A stretch of DNA of 64,000 nucleotides, taken from assembly GCF_009914755.1 (NCBI RefSeq), contig NC_060937.1. One strand, written 5' to 3'. The translations under genes were made by a program, and so were the position numbers. A model generated the notes under the pieces. That model was given only the letters and a program-made list of their open reading frames with translations, ran no database searches and was not told where the DNA came from. Within the stretch, counting starts at the first letter, position 1. Every line of letters begins with the position of its first letter. Below are positions 33,005 through 48,146 of the stretch, piece after piece. This DNA comes from the human T2T-CHM13v2.0 reference genome, Homo sapiens.

Positions 33005-33984
33005 ACGGCAAATGACAATGGCACCTTAAGGCTTTGCTGAAAATTAATCAATTAGCTTTCTTAAAATTTTCCCTAATATTCATTTGTATAAAACACTAAA
33101 GGTTACTAAAAAAATCTTGCGATATTAGTTAATGCCTAAGAAATAGTCAAAATTTTCTTTAGATTTACTCTTTTGTTTTCAAAAGTATTTATATCTTGTA
33201 CAAGCAAAGTCAGTATCTTACGATCATCCTTGTTTCTGAAAATATACATTTTCACTAGCAAGAAAACCTACAAGGTTTTCCTAACATAGTTATTGTTGGG
33301 AAACATAGCACACTATTACTACTATGAAGCTCAGTTTATAATTTTTCTTATAATAATATTCCCTGCTTCAAACCAGGGAACACTGATCATAACACAATAT
33401 TGAGATAATTCTTAGGATTACGTAGAGAGGACTGATAAAGTGTAAGTATCCTCTTACTTAATGAACCTTCATAAATAAACATACTAATTTTTATAAACTC
33501 CCAAAAGGTTTCAGTAAAGCTAGTCACCTCCCCAAGTGTGTTATTATCAAATATATTCTAGCAGCATGATGTCAGAGTACATGGGTAATCTGAATTATGG
33601 TCAAACATGACCACTTGACGCTAATTATTTATTACCTGTAATGCTAGGAGTAATAAATAACTGTATTATTACTAGAACACCAGCAAACTAGGTATTCCGT
33701 AAGAGATGCATGAAAGTAAAGGTGTATAAAATATATGCATATTTCCATTTTTATCTTCAATATTGAAACAGTTGACTTATGAAATAAATTTATGAAGTAT
33801 ATTAGTTTTAATTCAGCATTTTTGAAAGCAATACTTATATTGCTTAATATATAATTTAATTTCTCAAGTATTTGATATTCATAGCAGATTTAAAACTTCC
33901 TTTTAAAGTATGTTTATTCATTTATAATAAATTTTTAATATTAAGTATGCAAGAGTTACAATGAATAATGCACAAATTATTTAC

Positions 33985-34076
33985 CTAGCAGCACAGTCAT
34001 AAGCCAATACATCAGTCTCTGCAAGAAGGTCACCATCAGTTTCATGATCTCCTCCATCAGGACCCAATTCAAACAG
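33985..34076 (-). CDS. MYCBP2: MYCBP2 coding exon (PHR1)
   Basis: ccttag/GTAAAT; 92 nt; LFELGPDGGDHETDGDLLAETDVLAYDCAAR. Confidence 0.96.
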
Positions 34077-35146
34077 CTAAGGAAAGGAGAAAGACAATCA
34101 TTTATATAAATCAGCTATACATATCTGATGAACAATGTGTTCATAATTTTGTGCATGATGAATGTATGCTGGACCATACCAAATGTAAAAAATCAGAGTA
34201 CCTGCTTTTTTAACATTACTATGTGAAATACACAAACATATGTATTTAAATTAGGAAACAAGGTTTTATGGTCTACATTAATCTCTGTTTTCCTAATTTA
34301 TATATTCATCTATTTACATCAAATGCTCTAAATAGTTCTATACAAGTTTTGTACCTAATATGTGCATCTGAAAAAGGTGAGAGAACTCCAACAAAAAATT
34401 TTAACTAAGTGAGTCTCTCACTAAGTGAGATTCTACCTCATTCTAAATGAGGTAGAATGTTGCTTCATCACTTACTAACTGAGATCCTGGGACCTAGTTT
34501 CCTCATCCATAAAAGGTGGGTGGATACTAACAGTTCCCATCTCACAGTACTTTTAAAAAGTAAGTGAATACTGTAGAATTCTTAAAAAAACAAACAATAA
34601 AAAAGGGTAGAGAAATATTAGCTACAGAGAGAGAAGAGCAACATAAGAATCCTTAAAAACAATAGGTAACAAAATATAGTTCAAAGTAATATGGCATGAG
34701 AAAAAGATAGATGAAAAGCATGAAACAAATGGCTCTTAAAAAAGAGGGGAAGATCCTCTGGGTAAGAAAAAAACAGAAAAGATATCCAATACAAAAAGGT
34801 TATGAAATTAAGTGAAAATAAGAATTATGAAGAAGAGGTCTTTTTAAAAAATGTCCTTTTTTTTTTTAAGAAAACCTTTTTCCTCTGGATAATTATGGAA
34901 GGTGAATTGCAAGAGAGGCAGATAAAGATTAAAATGCATTAAAATTTACTGGACAAGTACTGTGCTAGGTGTCTAAATTTTTAAATTATATGCTAATGAC
35001 TTAGAAATCTTTCTCCAGCTCAGCTCTTATTCTCAACAGTCATTGGATTCCCTTTGTCCTACTAGTTCTATACCTTCTTCCTGCCTTCTCTGTTCTGGTT
35101 AATGGTCTTTCATTCACCTAATCTCTTAGATAAAAAGTCTGAAATA

Positions 35147-35432
<286 letters not shown>

Positions 35433-35739
35433 TAGTCCGAAATAATCATTTTTCCATATTTCTCTGCCATTACTGTATCTATTCTCTTACTGGTACCAAA
35501 GCTTGTCAATTCAACCATATTCCCTATTGCTGGCTGGAATATTTCAACAACTAATTAGTCTTATCTCCATTCTCTCCTTCTTCTAACCCATATTCCACAA
35601 AGTTGAGGATTTTTGTATTTGTTTCATGACCCTTAGTACCCTTATAAAAATATCTTATCAGAATACTTTCTTAATCTAAAATTATTCCTTGGTTTCTCAT
35701 CTCCTCCACAGCATGATATGAAGGTTCTTAATAATTTGT

Positions 35740-37520
35740 CCCCAATCTGACTCCTGTATTTACATTCAACCAATATTTTTGAACACATACTGTATGCCAA
35801 GCACAGTTCTAGAAATTGGGCATAAAGGGGCAAACAATACAATCAAAGAATTGGGGGCTATTGGGAGTAAGTCTATGGTTGGGAATTGAATTTACAGTTT
35901 TAAGTAGGCTTACCAGGGAATGAAGCTCTGAAGGTGATGGGGAAGTGGGCTATGTAGGTGCTGAAGTGAAGAGAGCTGTAGTTATGAGGAAACAGCAAGT
36001 GAAGAGGTACTGAGATTTGACTGTGCCTGGAATGTCTGAGGAACAATAAGCAGGCCAGTGTCACTGGATTAGAGTGAAACAACTAGTAGAACAAAAGGTC
36101 AGAGAGGTGATGACAGCCAGTTCTGATGGGGACTTTGTAGGTCCTTCTAAGGCTTTTGGTTCTCATTCTCACATAGGAAGACACTACAGGATTCTGAAGA
36201 GACAATGATGCAATCTGTTGTACATTTTAAGAGAATCACTGCCACACTCAGAACAGAACAAATGGGGTGAGGACAGACGTAGAACACAAGTTGGGAGGCT
36301 ACTGTAATAATACAAATGAGAATGGCTGTGGCATGACCCAACCTGATAGCAGTGGCAGTTTTCAGAAGTGGTTAGATACGGGATTTATTTTGAAAGTGGA
36401 AACGATAATATTTGCTCCCGAAGTGGATGTGTGTAAAAGAAAGAGTAGAATCAAGGATGACTCCAAGATTTTTGGCCTGAGGAAACAGAAGAATGAAGTT
36501 AACTCCATGCTGAGTCAGTTAACTGGGATGGGGAAGAACATGAGGATAGCAGGTTTAGGCAGATCATCAGAAGCATAGTATTGAATATGTTACCTCCAAA
36601 ATGCCTATCAGAGAGTCACGTGGAGACACAGCGTAGGCTGTTGTACATATTGGTTTAAAGGTCAGAGAAGAGGTTTATAAATTTAAAAGTCATCAGAGAT
36701 AAATGTCCATGAGGCTGGACCACTATGAGGAAGAGAATACTTTTAAAAGATGTCAAAAACTGAGTTCTTGGCACTCCAACATTTAGAAGTCAGGAAGATG
36801 ATGAGCAACCAGCAGGAGACTAAGAAGAACAGTCAGTGGGACAAAAGAAAAATGAAGTGTAGTGTCGTGGGGGACAAGAGAAGAAAGTATTTCAAAGAAG
36901 AGCTCAATTGGGTTAAATTCAGCTGACTGGTTAAGGAAGATGAGAGCTGAGGCTTGACTATTGAATTTAGCAATATGAAAGTCATCAGTGTCCTTGACAA
37001 GAGCAATGTCAGTGGTGGGGGCAAAAATCTGACTGGAGTAGGCTCAAGTAGGAATGGTAAGAGAGAGAATGGAGACAGAAAGTATAGAAAGAATATGTAC
37101 AGAGACTATCTAGGTGGCTAGTCCAAGACAAATACCTTTGCCTAGGGTAGTGGTAGAAAAGTCTTTTTTGTGGAGAAGAAAGAGATATAGGAGGCCTATC
37201 AAGAAAAATGTCTAGATTTCCGGCCTATGTATCAAGCATATGGTGGATGGTACTAATCATGAGAGAGAGAGATCAGTGGAAGAGCATGAATTCAGTTGAG
37301 ATATTATGACTGATAACTGATGTGCCTTTAACATATTTACATGAAAATGCATCAAAGAAGTCTGAGTTGGAGATACAAATTTGGGGATTATGGTATGCTG
37401 ATGGCTATTAAAACTCTGGGCTCAAAAGAGAATGCATATACGAATATGTGAAGAAAGAGGGCCTAGGGCTGGGTCTTTGAGGAACTCCTACATTCAGTGG
37501 CCAGGTGGAAGGGGATGAAC
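35740..37520. mobile_element. L2-like LINE relic(s)
   Basis: cattcaaccaatattttgaacacatactgtatgccaagcac and aaggatgactccaagatttttggcctgag L2-type motifs; boundaries approximate. Confidence 0.65.
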
Positions 37521-38966
37521 CTACAAAGAGATAGAAGAAAAAACTACAGGTATGAAAACAAAACAAAACAAAAAAATACAGAAGGGCTTAACAAATGCAT
37601 ACATTACAGAGAGGTGAAGGGAAGGAAAAAAAAAGACTGACTACTGTTGAAAGGCCTTAGCCCACTCACTGGATAATTGAATACAAAAGGCAAGATCATT
37701 TCCAGACAATAGGAGGAGTGAGGTAAAATTTGAGTTTGAAAAAGAAAAATAGGGCCAATATAAAAACAACATATATGGAAGGCCTCCATAATTCTATATA
37801 CTACAGTGTTTGAAGATAAGGTCCACTACGTTGTTCACTATTCCGAAAAGAAAAAATCTCTTAGAGCTAGAAAAAAAAATATCCTCCTGATGAGCTTATT
37901 AGACATTGTCAAATAGAACTACATAACACATTGAGGTTGCTTCTCTAACGTGAGGATGAATCAAGACATCCTAAAATAACCATTTTAAAGCAGTTGCACT
38001 GAAATGAGCCAAACTACTATTTTTCTTATTATCAAAATATATGTGCTACAAGAGTCCTAATCATTATTCTATCACTATACTCCATATAACTATAGGAGCT
38101 TTAAATTTTTACTTTATTCATTCTTACATTATCTGCTTTTTTAGCATGTATTCCAACTATAACCAGAAATAAGCAAATATTTCTTTAAGTTTGTCAGTTC
38201 TGGTTGGGCCTCCATGGGGAATGTCCTTGGAAACCAGCATTATGAAGAAGAGTGTTAACATATTGATATCATTTTTAGATATTATTGAGAGAACTAAGAA
38301 AATACCTCCTGAACAGATGACATTTAATCGAGATTTTTTTGTGAAGCCTGCTATTGAAATTCAGGCAGAAACTATAGTTTTCTCTTTCACTTTTAGAGCA
38401 AAATCAGGTAATTTGAGAAGCAGAACATTCAAGCTATTAGTGAATATTCAAAGAATGAACATATACTTTGTTTAGGATAATTTGTTGGCCCTTTTGGATA
38501 CGAATAGGTGTGGTAACATATGACTCTCAATGATTTTTAGTTGGCCTACCAGATGGAATCCTCCCCTAACACTATCTCTCACTCCTCCCGGTCTCCACTC
38601 CTGGGGTGAAGATGTCTGTTTACATACTACATCAAAATGTCCCTAAACAGTTGTGCCTCCTCTGTCATTAAAATGGCTATAAGAAAGTAGCCACATAAAA
38701 AGGCACTGGTATTGCTAGGCCACCAGAAGTTCCACAGAAAGGACTGAGATATAGTCTTTCTTCAGTGGTAAATTGTTGAAAATAATTTTCCTTTCATTTC
38801 TTCCCTTCTTACAGAATTTTGATTTTTTTAATGAGTTATTAATTTAGTATTACTGTAGGGGGGGAGGAGGCAAGATGGCTGAATAGGAACAGCTCCGGTC
38901 TACAGCTCCCAGCGTGAGCAACACAGAAGACGGGTGATTTCTGCATTTCCATCTGAGGTACCGGGT

Positions 38967-39311
38967 TCATCTCACTAGGGAGTGCCAGACAGTGGGAGCA
39001 GGACAGTGGGTGTGCGCACCATGCGCGAGCTGAAGCAGGGCGAGGCATTGCCTCACTCGGGAAGCGCAAGGGGTCAGGGAGTTCCCTTTCCTAGTCAAAG
39101 AAAGGGGTGACAGACGGCACCTGGAAAATCGGGTCACTCCCACCTGAATACTGCACTTTTCTGACGGGCTTAAAAAACGGCACACCAGGAGATTATATCC
39201 TGCACCTGACTCGGAGGGTCCTACGCTCATGGAGTCTCGCTGATTGCTAGCACAGCAGTCTGAGATCAAACTGCAAGGCGGCAGCGAGGCTGGGGGAGGG
39301 GCGCCCGCCAT
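38967..39311 (-). CDS. L1 ORF0 (antisense ORF in 5'UTR), open, 114 aa
   Basis: MAGAPPPASLPPCSLISDCCASNQRDS... matches the known ORF0 N-terminus; no stop until 38967; translation at this locus unproven. Confidence 0.6.
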   Translation of the reverse strand: MAGAPPPASLPPCSLISDCCASNQRDSMSVGPSESGAGYNLLVCRFLSPSEKCSIQVGVTRFSRCRLSPLSLTRKGNSLTPCASRVRQCLALLQLAHGAHTHCPAPTVWHSLVR

Positions 39312-39460
39312 TGCCCAGGCTTGCTTAGGTAAACAAAGCAGCCAAGAAGCTCCAACTGGGTGGAGCCCACCACAGCTCAAGGAGGCCTGCCTGCCTCTGT
39401 AGGCTCCACCTCTGGGGGCAGGGCACAGACAAACAAAAAGACAGCAGTAACCTCTGCAGA
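39250..39460 (-). promoter_or_regulatory. L1 antisense promoter region (fires in MYCBP2 sense direction)
   Basis: Positional inference: L1 5'UTR nt ~400-600 is the established ASP; the region is present and collinear with consensus. Confidence 0.55.
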
Positions 39461-39766
39461 CTTAAATGTCCCTGTCTGACAGCTTTGAAGAGAGCAGTGG
39501 TTCTCCCAGCACACAGCTGGAGATCTGAGAAAGGGCAGACTGCCTCCTCAAGTGGGTCCCTGACCCCTGACCCCCCAGCAGCCTAACTGGGAGGCACCCC
39601 ACAGCAGGGGCAGACTGACACCTCACACTGCCTGGTACTCCAACAGACCTGCAGCTGAGGGTCCTGTCTGTTAAAAGGAAAACTAACAAACAGAAAGGAC
39701 ATCCACACCAAAAACCCATCTGTACATCACCATCATCAAAGACCAAAAGTCGATAAAACCACAAAG

Positions 39767-40783
39767 ATGGGGAAAAAACAGAGCAGAAAAACTGGAAACT
39801 CTAAAAAGCAGAGCAACTCTCCTCCTCCAAAGAAACACAGTTCCTCACCAGCAACGGAACAAAGCTGGATGGAGAATGACTTTGACGAGCTGAGAGAAGA
39901 AGGCTTCAGATGATCAAATTACTCTGAGCTACGGGAGGACATTCAAACCAAAGGCAAAGAAGTTGAAAACTTTGAAAAAAATTTAGAAGAATGTATAACT
40001 AGAATAACCAATACAGAGAAGTGCTTAAAGGAGCTGATGGAGATGAAAACCAAGGCTCGAGAACTACGTGAAGAATGCAGAAGCCTCAGGAGCCGATGAG
40101 ATCAACTGGAAGAAAGGGTATCAGCGATGGAAGATGAAATAAATGAAGTGAAGCGAGAAGGGAAGTTTAGAGAAAAAAGAATAAAAAGAAACGAACAAAG
40201 CCTCCAAGAAATATGGGACTATGTGAAAAGACCAAATCTACGTCTGATTGGTGTACCTGAAAGTGATGGGGAGAATGGAACCAAGTTGGAAAACACTCTG
40301 CAGGATATTATCCAGGAGAACTTCCCCAATCTAGCAAGGCAGGCCAACATTCAGATTCAGGAAATACAGAGAACGCCACAAAGATACTCCTTGAGAAGAG
40401 CAACTCCAAGGCACATAATTGTCAGATTTACCAAAGTTGAAATGAAGGAAAAAATGTTAAGGGCAGCCAGAGAGAAAGGTCGGGTTACCCTCAAAGGGAA
40501 GCCCATCAGACTAACAGCGGATCTCTCAGCAGAAACTCTACAAGCCAGAAGAGAGTGGGGGCCAATATTCAACATTCTTTAAGAAAAGAATTTCCAACCC
40601 AGAATTTCATATCCAGCCAAACTAAGCTTCATAAGTGAAGGAGAAATAAAATACTTTACAGACAAGCAAATGCTGAGAGATTTTGTCACCACCAGGCCTG
40701 ACCTAAAAGAGCTCCTGAAGGAAGTGCTAAACATGGAAAGGAACAACCGGTACCAGCCACTGCAAAATCATGCCAAAATGTAA
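39767..40783 (+). pseudogene. L1 ORF1p, disrupted
   Basis: ATG GGG AAA AAA CAG...ATG TAA spanning 1017 nt; in-frame stops at 39911 (TGA), 40097 (TGA), 40580 (TAA). Confidence 0.95.
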
Positions 40784-40831
40784 AGACCATCGAGACTAGG
40801 AAGAAACTGCATCAATTAACGAGCAAAATAA

Positions 40832-44675
<3,844 letters not shown>

Positions 44676-45087
44676 ACAATGAGAACACATGGACACAGGA
44701 AGGGGAACATCACACTCTGGAGACTGTTGTGGGGTGGGGGGAGGGGGGAGGGATAGCATTGGGAGATATACCTAATGCTAGATGACAAGTTCGTGGGTGC
44801 AGCGCATCAGCATGGCACATGTATACATATGTAACTAACCTGCACATTGTGCACATGTACCCTAAAACTTAAAGTATAATAATAATAAATAAATAAATTT
44901 AAAAAATTTAGTATTACTGTATTCGATTTTAGCAATGTTTTCTCTATCGCTTTTTAAAAAGAAGCATTAAAAACAAAATAAACCCAGTTAAAAAGGAAAA
45001 AAATTAGACATTAAATAATAAAATAATAAATTAAGTCAAAATCAGTATGTTCAAACAAAAAAGGACAACATTGTTGATGAACTTTAC

Positions 45088-45215
45088 CTTAATTTTAGCA
45101 GTATATTCTCCTCTACCTCCAAACAGACCAAGACCACCAAGTAAAATATCAGTGTCGGCACTGAAACGTATAGCTTCTACTGAATGGGCAGAATAACCCC
45201 AGCCTCCTCCATGAC
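45088..45215 (-). CDS. MYCBP2: MYCBP2 coding exon (PHR1)
   Basis: tctag/GTAAAG; 128 nt; [46 protein letters not shown]-domain signature. Confidence 0.97.
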
Positions 45216-45304
45216 CTAGAATATATAAATCATAATCTATGTTTTAAAAGATCCATATATATTTCAGTTGTAAGACAACATTTCCTAAACCGAAGTATAC
45301 ATAC

Positions 45305-45430
45305 TTTCAAACCTGTTTACCACACTATAATCTTCTTTAGAATAAACCTTCATTACTGCTTGAGTCTCTTCCTCTGTACTTGCAACACCCATTTTTAAGT
45401 CCTGCATAGCTGCCAAGGTATCAAGACAAC
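45305..45430 (-). CDS. MYCBP2: MYCBP2 coding exon (start of PHR1)
   Basis: ttttag/GTATGT; 126 nt; GCLDTLAAMQDLKMGVASTEEETQAVMKVYSKEDYSVVNRFE; followed by an 89-nt intron. Confidence 0.95.
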
Positions 45431-46010
45431 CTAAAACAACAAAGAAACAAAATTTAACTCCTTGAAATTAAAATGTCCTATGGTATTGATGACATTAAAT
45501 GCTATAGGGGATAAATTAAAATAAATAAACTCAGAATGTTACTCCAAGCTTTAAACATCATTTCATGGAAGAATGCTTAAAACCAATACAAATTATCCCT
45601 TGTCTGATTAATGATCATATTTAAACTTGCCATACGACAACCTTTTACACAAAACTGGATCTCTGAAAAGTTGAAATCACTTAACCTTTGAATTCTTACA
45701 AGGTTCTTCCTTTTATGAAACTCCAAATTAGTTTGATTCTTAAAGTGCTATTTGAGGAAGACACATTAGTGTCACACAAACTTAATCAACACTAGTTTTG
45801 GATGTCTACAATAGAAACCAAAATGAAATTTGAGAAAAAAGAAACAAAGAGTTATATTTATGATATGGTAATTATATTTAGGAATATGATTTCACACCTG
45901 CAAGTGCTAGAGTCTGAAAATGAGTCTTTTTAAGGATCATTTTTAAAAGCAACAAAATACATAGTTACATAGAGTGATATAAAATTTCCAGTTACAAAAT
46001 AATATATTGC

Positions 46011-46063
46011 ACTACATCTCAAAGTAATTAAATAAGTACTACATCTCAAAGTAATTAAATAAG
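46011..46063. repeat. Perfect tandem duplication (26 bp x2, period 27)
   Basis: ACTACATCTCAAAGTAATTAAATAAG at 46011 and 46038. Confidence 0.9.
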
Positions 46064-46484
46064 AATGAAGTTGATATGCTGTGGAAAACTGTGTTATATA
46101 AGAAGAAACAGAAGATGTATATAAAATTCATTACATTTTATAGAATTTATTTAACATAATATACATAAATTAAATATTATATACTTGAAAATTTTATCAT
46201 ATCTTTAAAAGTTTATACATTCAAGTTGAGCAAAAACATTATTTTTAAGGGTCTACCTCTGTGAAAATTAAATAATTGGGCATACATAAATCTTTGATAG
46301 TGTTAGTACAGGTCTCATGTATTGTTTTCTGTGGAATTAGCCTCTTAGAGGATTTAACTTATTTTGTACATTATTATTATTTAACAAACAAGACAGAATT
46401 ACATATAAATTTAAATACTCTAAAAAAAAACCCTGGACAGCACACATTAATGTGAATTAATGGTACATCAAATCGCAACCCTAC

Positions 46485-46657
46485 CTAAAATGTGCAAAGC
46501 TGCATGAGATCGGGTAGTGAGGGCCCTTGATCCTGTTGGTAAGGCAAGTTCAGGACTTAGGATACTACATCTGGACTGCATGTCTGCTGCAGAGGGAAGC
46601 CTGGCATCAGCAACCACCGCATTGTAACACCACAGCTCTCTAGTATTTGGTCGAAAC
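46485..46657 (-). CDS. MYCBP2: MYCBP2 coding exon
   Basis: ctttaaag/GTAGGG; 173 nt; FRPNTRELWCYNAVVADARLPSAADMQSRCSILSPELALPTGSRALTTRSHAALHIL. Confidence 0.95.
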
Positions 46658-46846
46658 CTTTAAAGAAAAAGAATAATTACAGCACCTCAATGTGGTTTTG
46701 TTTTTAAAAAAAATTCCTAAAACATAACTGATGATACAAAGAGAATAAATAATATAGTCAGCTTAAAGAGGACAAATGTAGCTCATTATCTTCTGGATCT
46801 AAGCTAAACATATAAAAAAACTATATCACTAAAAGTGAAATAATTT

Positions 46847-46908
46847 GAAAATAGTAACGTAGATTATAATACTTAATACAGAAAATAGTAATGTAGATTA
46901 TAATACTT
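46847..46908. repeat. Near-perfect tandem duplication (28 bp x2, period 34)
   Basis: GAAAATAGTAA(C/T)GTAGATTATAATACTT at 46847 and 46881. Confidence 0.88.
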
Positions 46909-47799
46909 GACTGTATAAAGTTTTGATACATACATATAAATATGAAACTCAACAAATACCCCATTAAAAAAGTTTAAAGACAAAGGACAAGTTGAAGAAA
47001 AATGTGAAGTGTACCTGTGAGACACAGCTACAATATCCTCAATGTATAAGAGCTAGAAACAATCAATCCATAGCAAAAATTGGCAAGGACATGGAATGCT
47101 ATCCATAGAAAGGAAGCACAGATAGAATGGATGTGGATGTTCAACCATATGAATAAACAGTAAAAACCAATTAAAAACTATTAGGAACCCACAACGTCTT
47201 CATCATCCCATTTCTCTGATCTCTTTTGTAACAAAAACTTCAAAAAACTATCTCCACTTCTTTACCTCTTTTAGGGGTCGGGAAGTGAGGGATGCAAGCT
47301 ATTGTTTAATAACTATAGAGTCTCAGTTTTCCAAGAAAAAAAAGTTCTGATGATCTATTTCACAATAACATAAATACACTAAACACCACTGACTGCAGAC
47401 TTTCAAAATGATTAAGATGGTAAATTTTATACTGTTTTTTTACCACAATTAAAAAATTTTAAATTATTTTTAAAAAGCACTTAAAATAGCATTTGGGAGA
47501 AAATATATTATGGTAGCTTCTATAACTAGTAGCATTAATATTATTGCATTATTGCTTTTGGGAAGTTCTGTTGATCTCATTGTTTAGGTAATCATTCTTT
47601 TCTCTCTGGTTGCTTTTAAGATTTCCCCTTGGTCTTTAGTGTTCAACAGTTTCACTAACTCTCTTGATGGTAAATAATAGAAACACATAGTTTCTAATAT
47701 CCATGGATTCAAATCTCTTTTTGGTTCTGGAAAATTCATGGTAAGAGACAAGAAGATACTAGAAATTATCTGCCCATCCCCCCACCAAGCCCCACCCGC

Positions 47800-48146
47800 C
47801 CCAGCCCCAGATGAATGAGTATTTGACTGCTTCCTCTACTCTATGTTTACTTTAACTCCAAATACAAAATTCACTGTTCCCTCTACCCCTTCCTTTTCAT
47901 GTGCAACATGTGGATTCAGTAAGCCTAATCAAAACCTTACAAGAATGTGACCACATCCTCTCATTTTTTCTTTTCCTTTTCTCCTCCTGCTCTCTTTTCC
48001 TCTTTAAATGCTGAAGGCCTCAAACCTCTTCAGAAAAAGTACAGGGCACAGATCCTGCTGTGGCTTGTCTTTTCTTCCCAGGCATCTCCTCAACCTTGGA
48101 AAAATAAACTTCTAAAGTGATTCAGACTTACCTCAGTCATTTTACA
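47800..48146 (+). mobile_element. Solo LTR fragment (ERV1 MER34/MER39-like)
   Basis: LTR-type 3' end: aaccttggaaaataaacttctaaa...cctcagtcattttaca; subfamily tentative. Confidence 0.5.

Noticed and set aside
44731-44752. G-quadruplex motif GGGGTGGGGGGAGGGGGGAGGG
   Set aside because: Known constitutive feature of L1PA 3'UTRs, not locus-specific
46011-46908. Two short direct-repeat pairs as a CRISPR-like or regulatory array
   Set aside because: Only two copies each, unrelated to one another, with no spacers; ordinary slippage duplications
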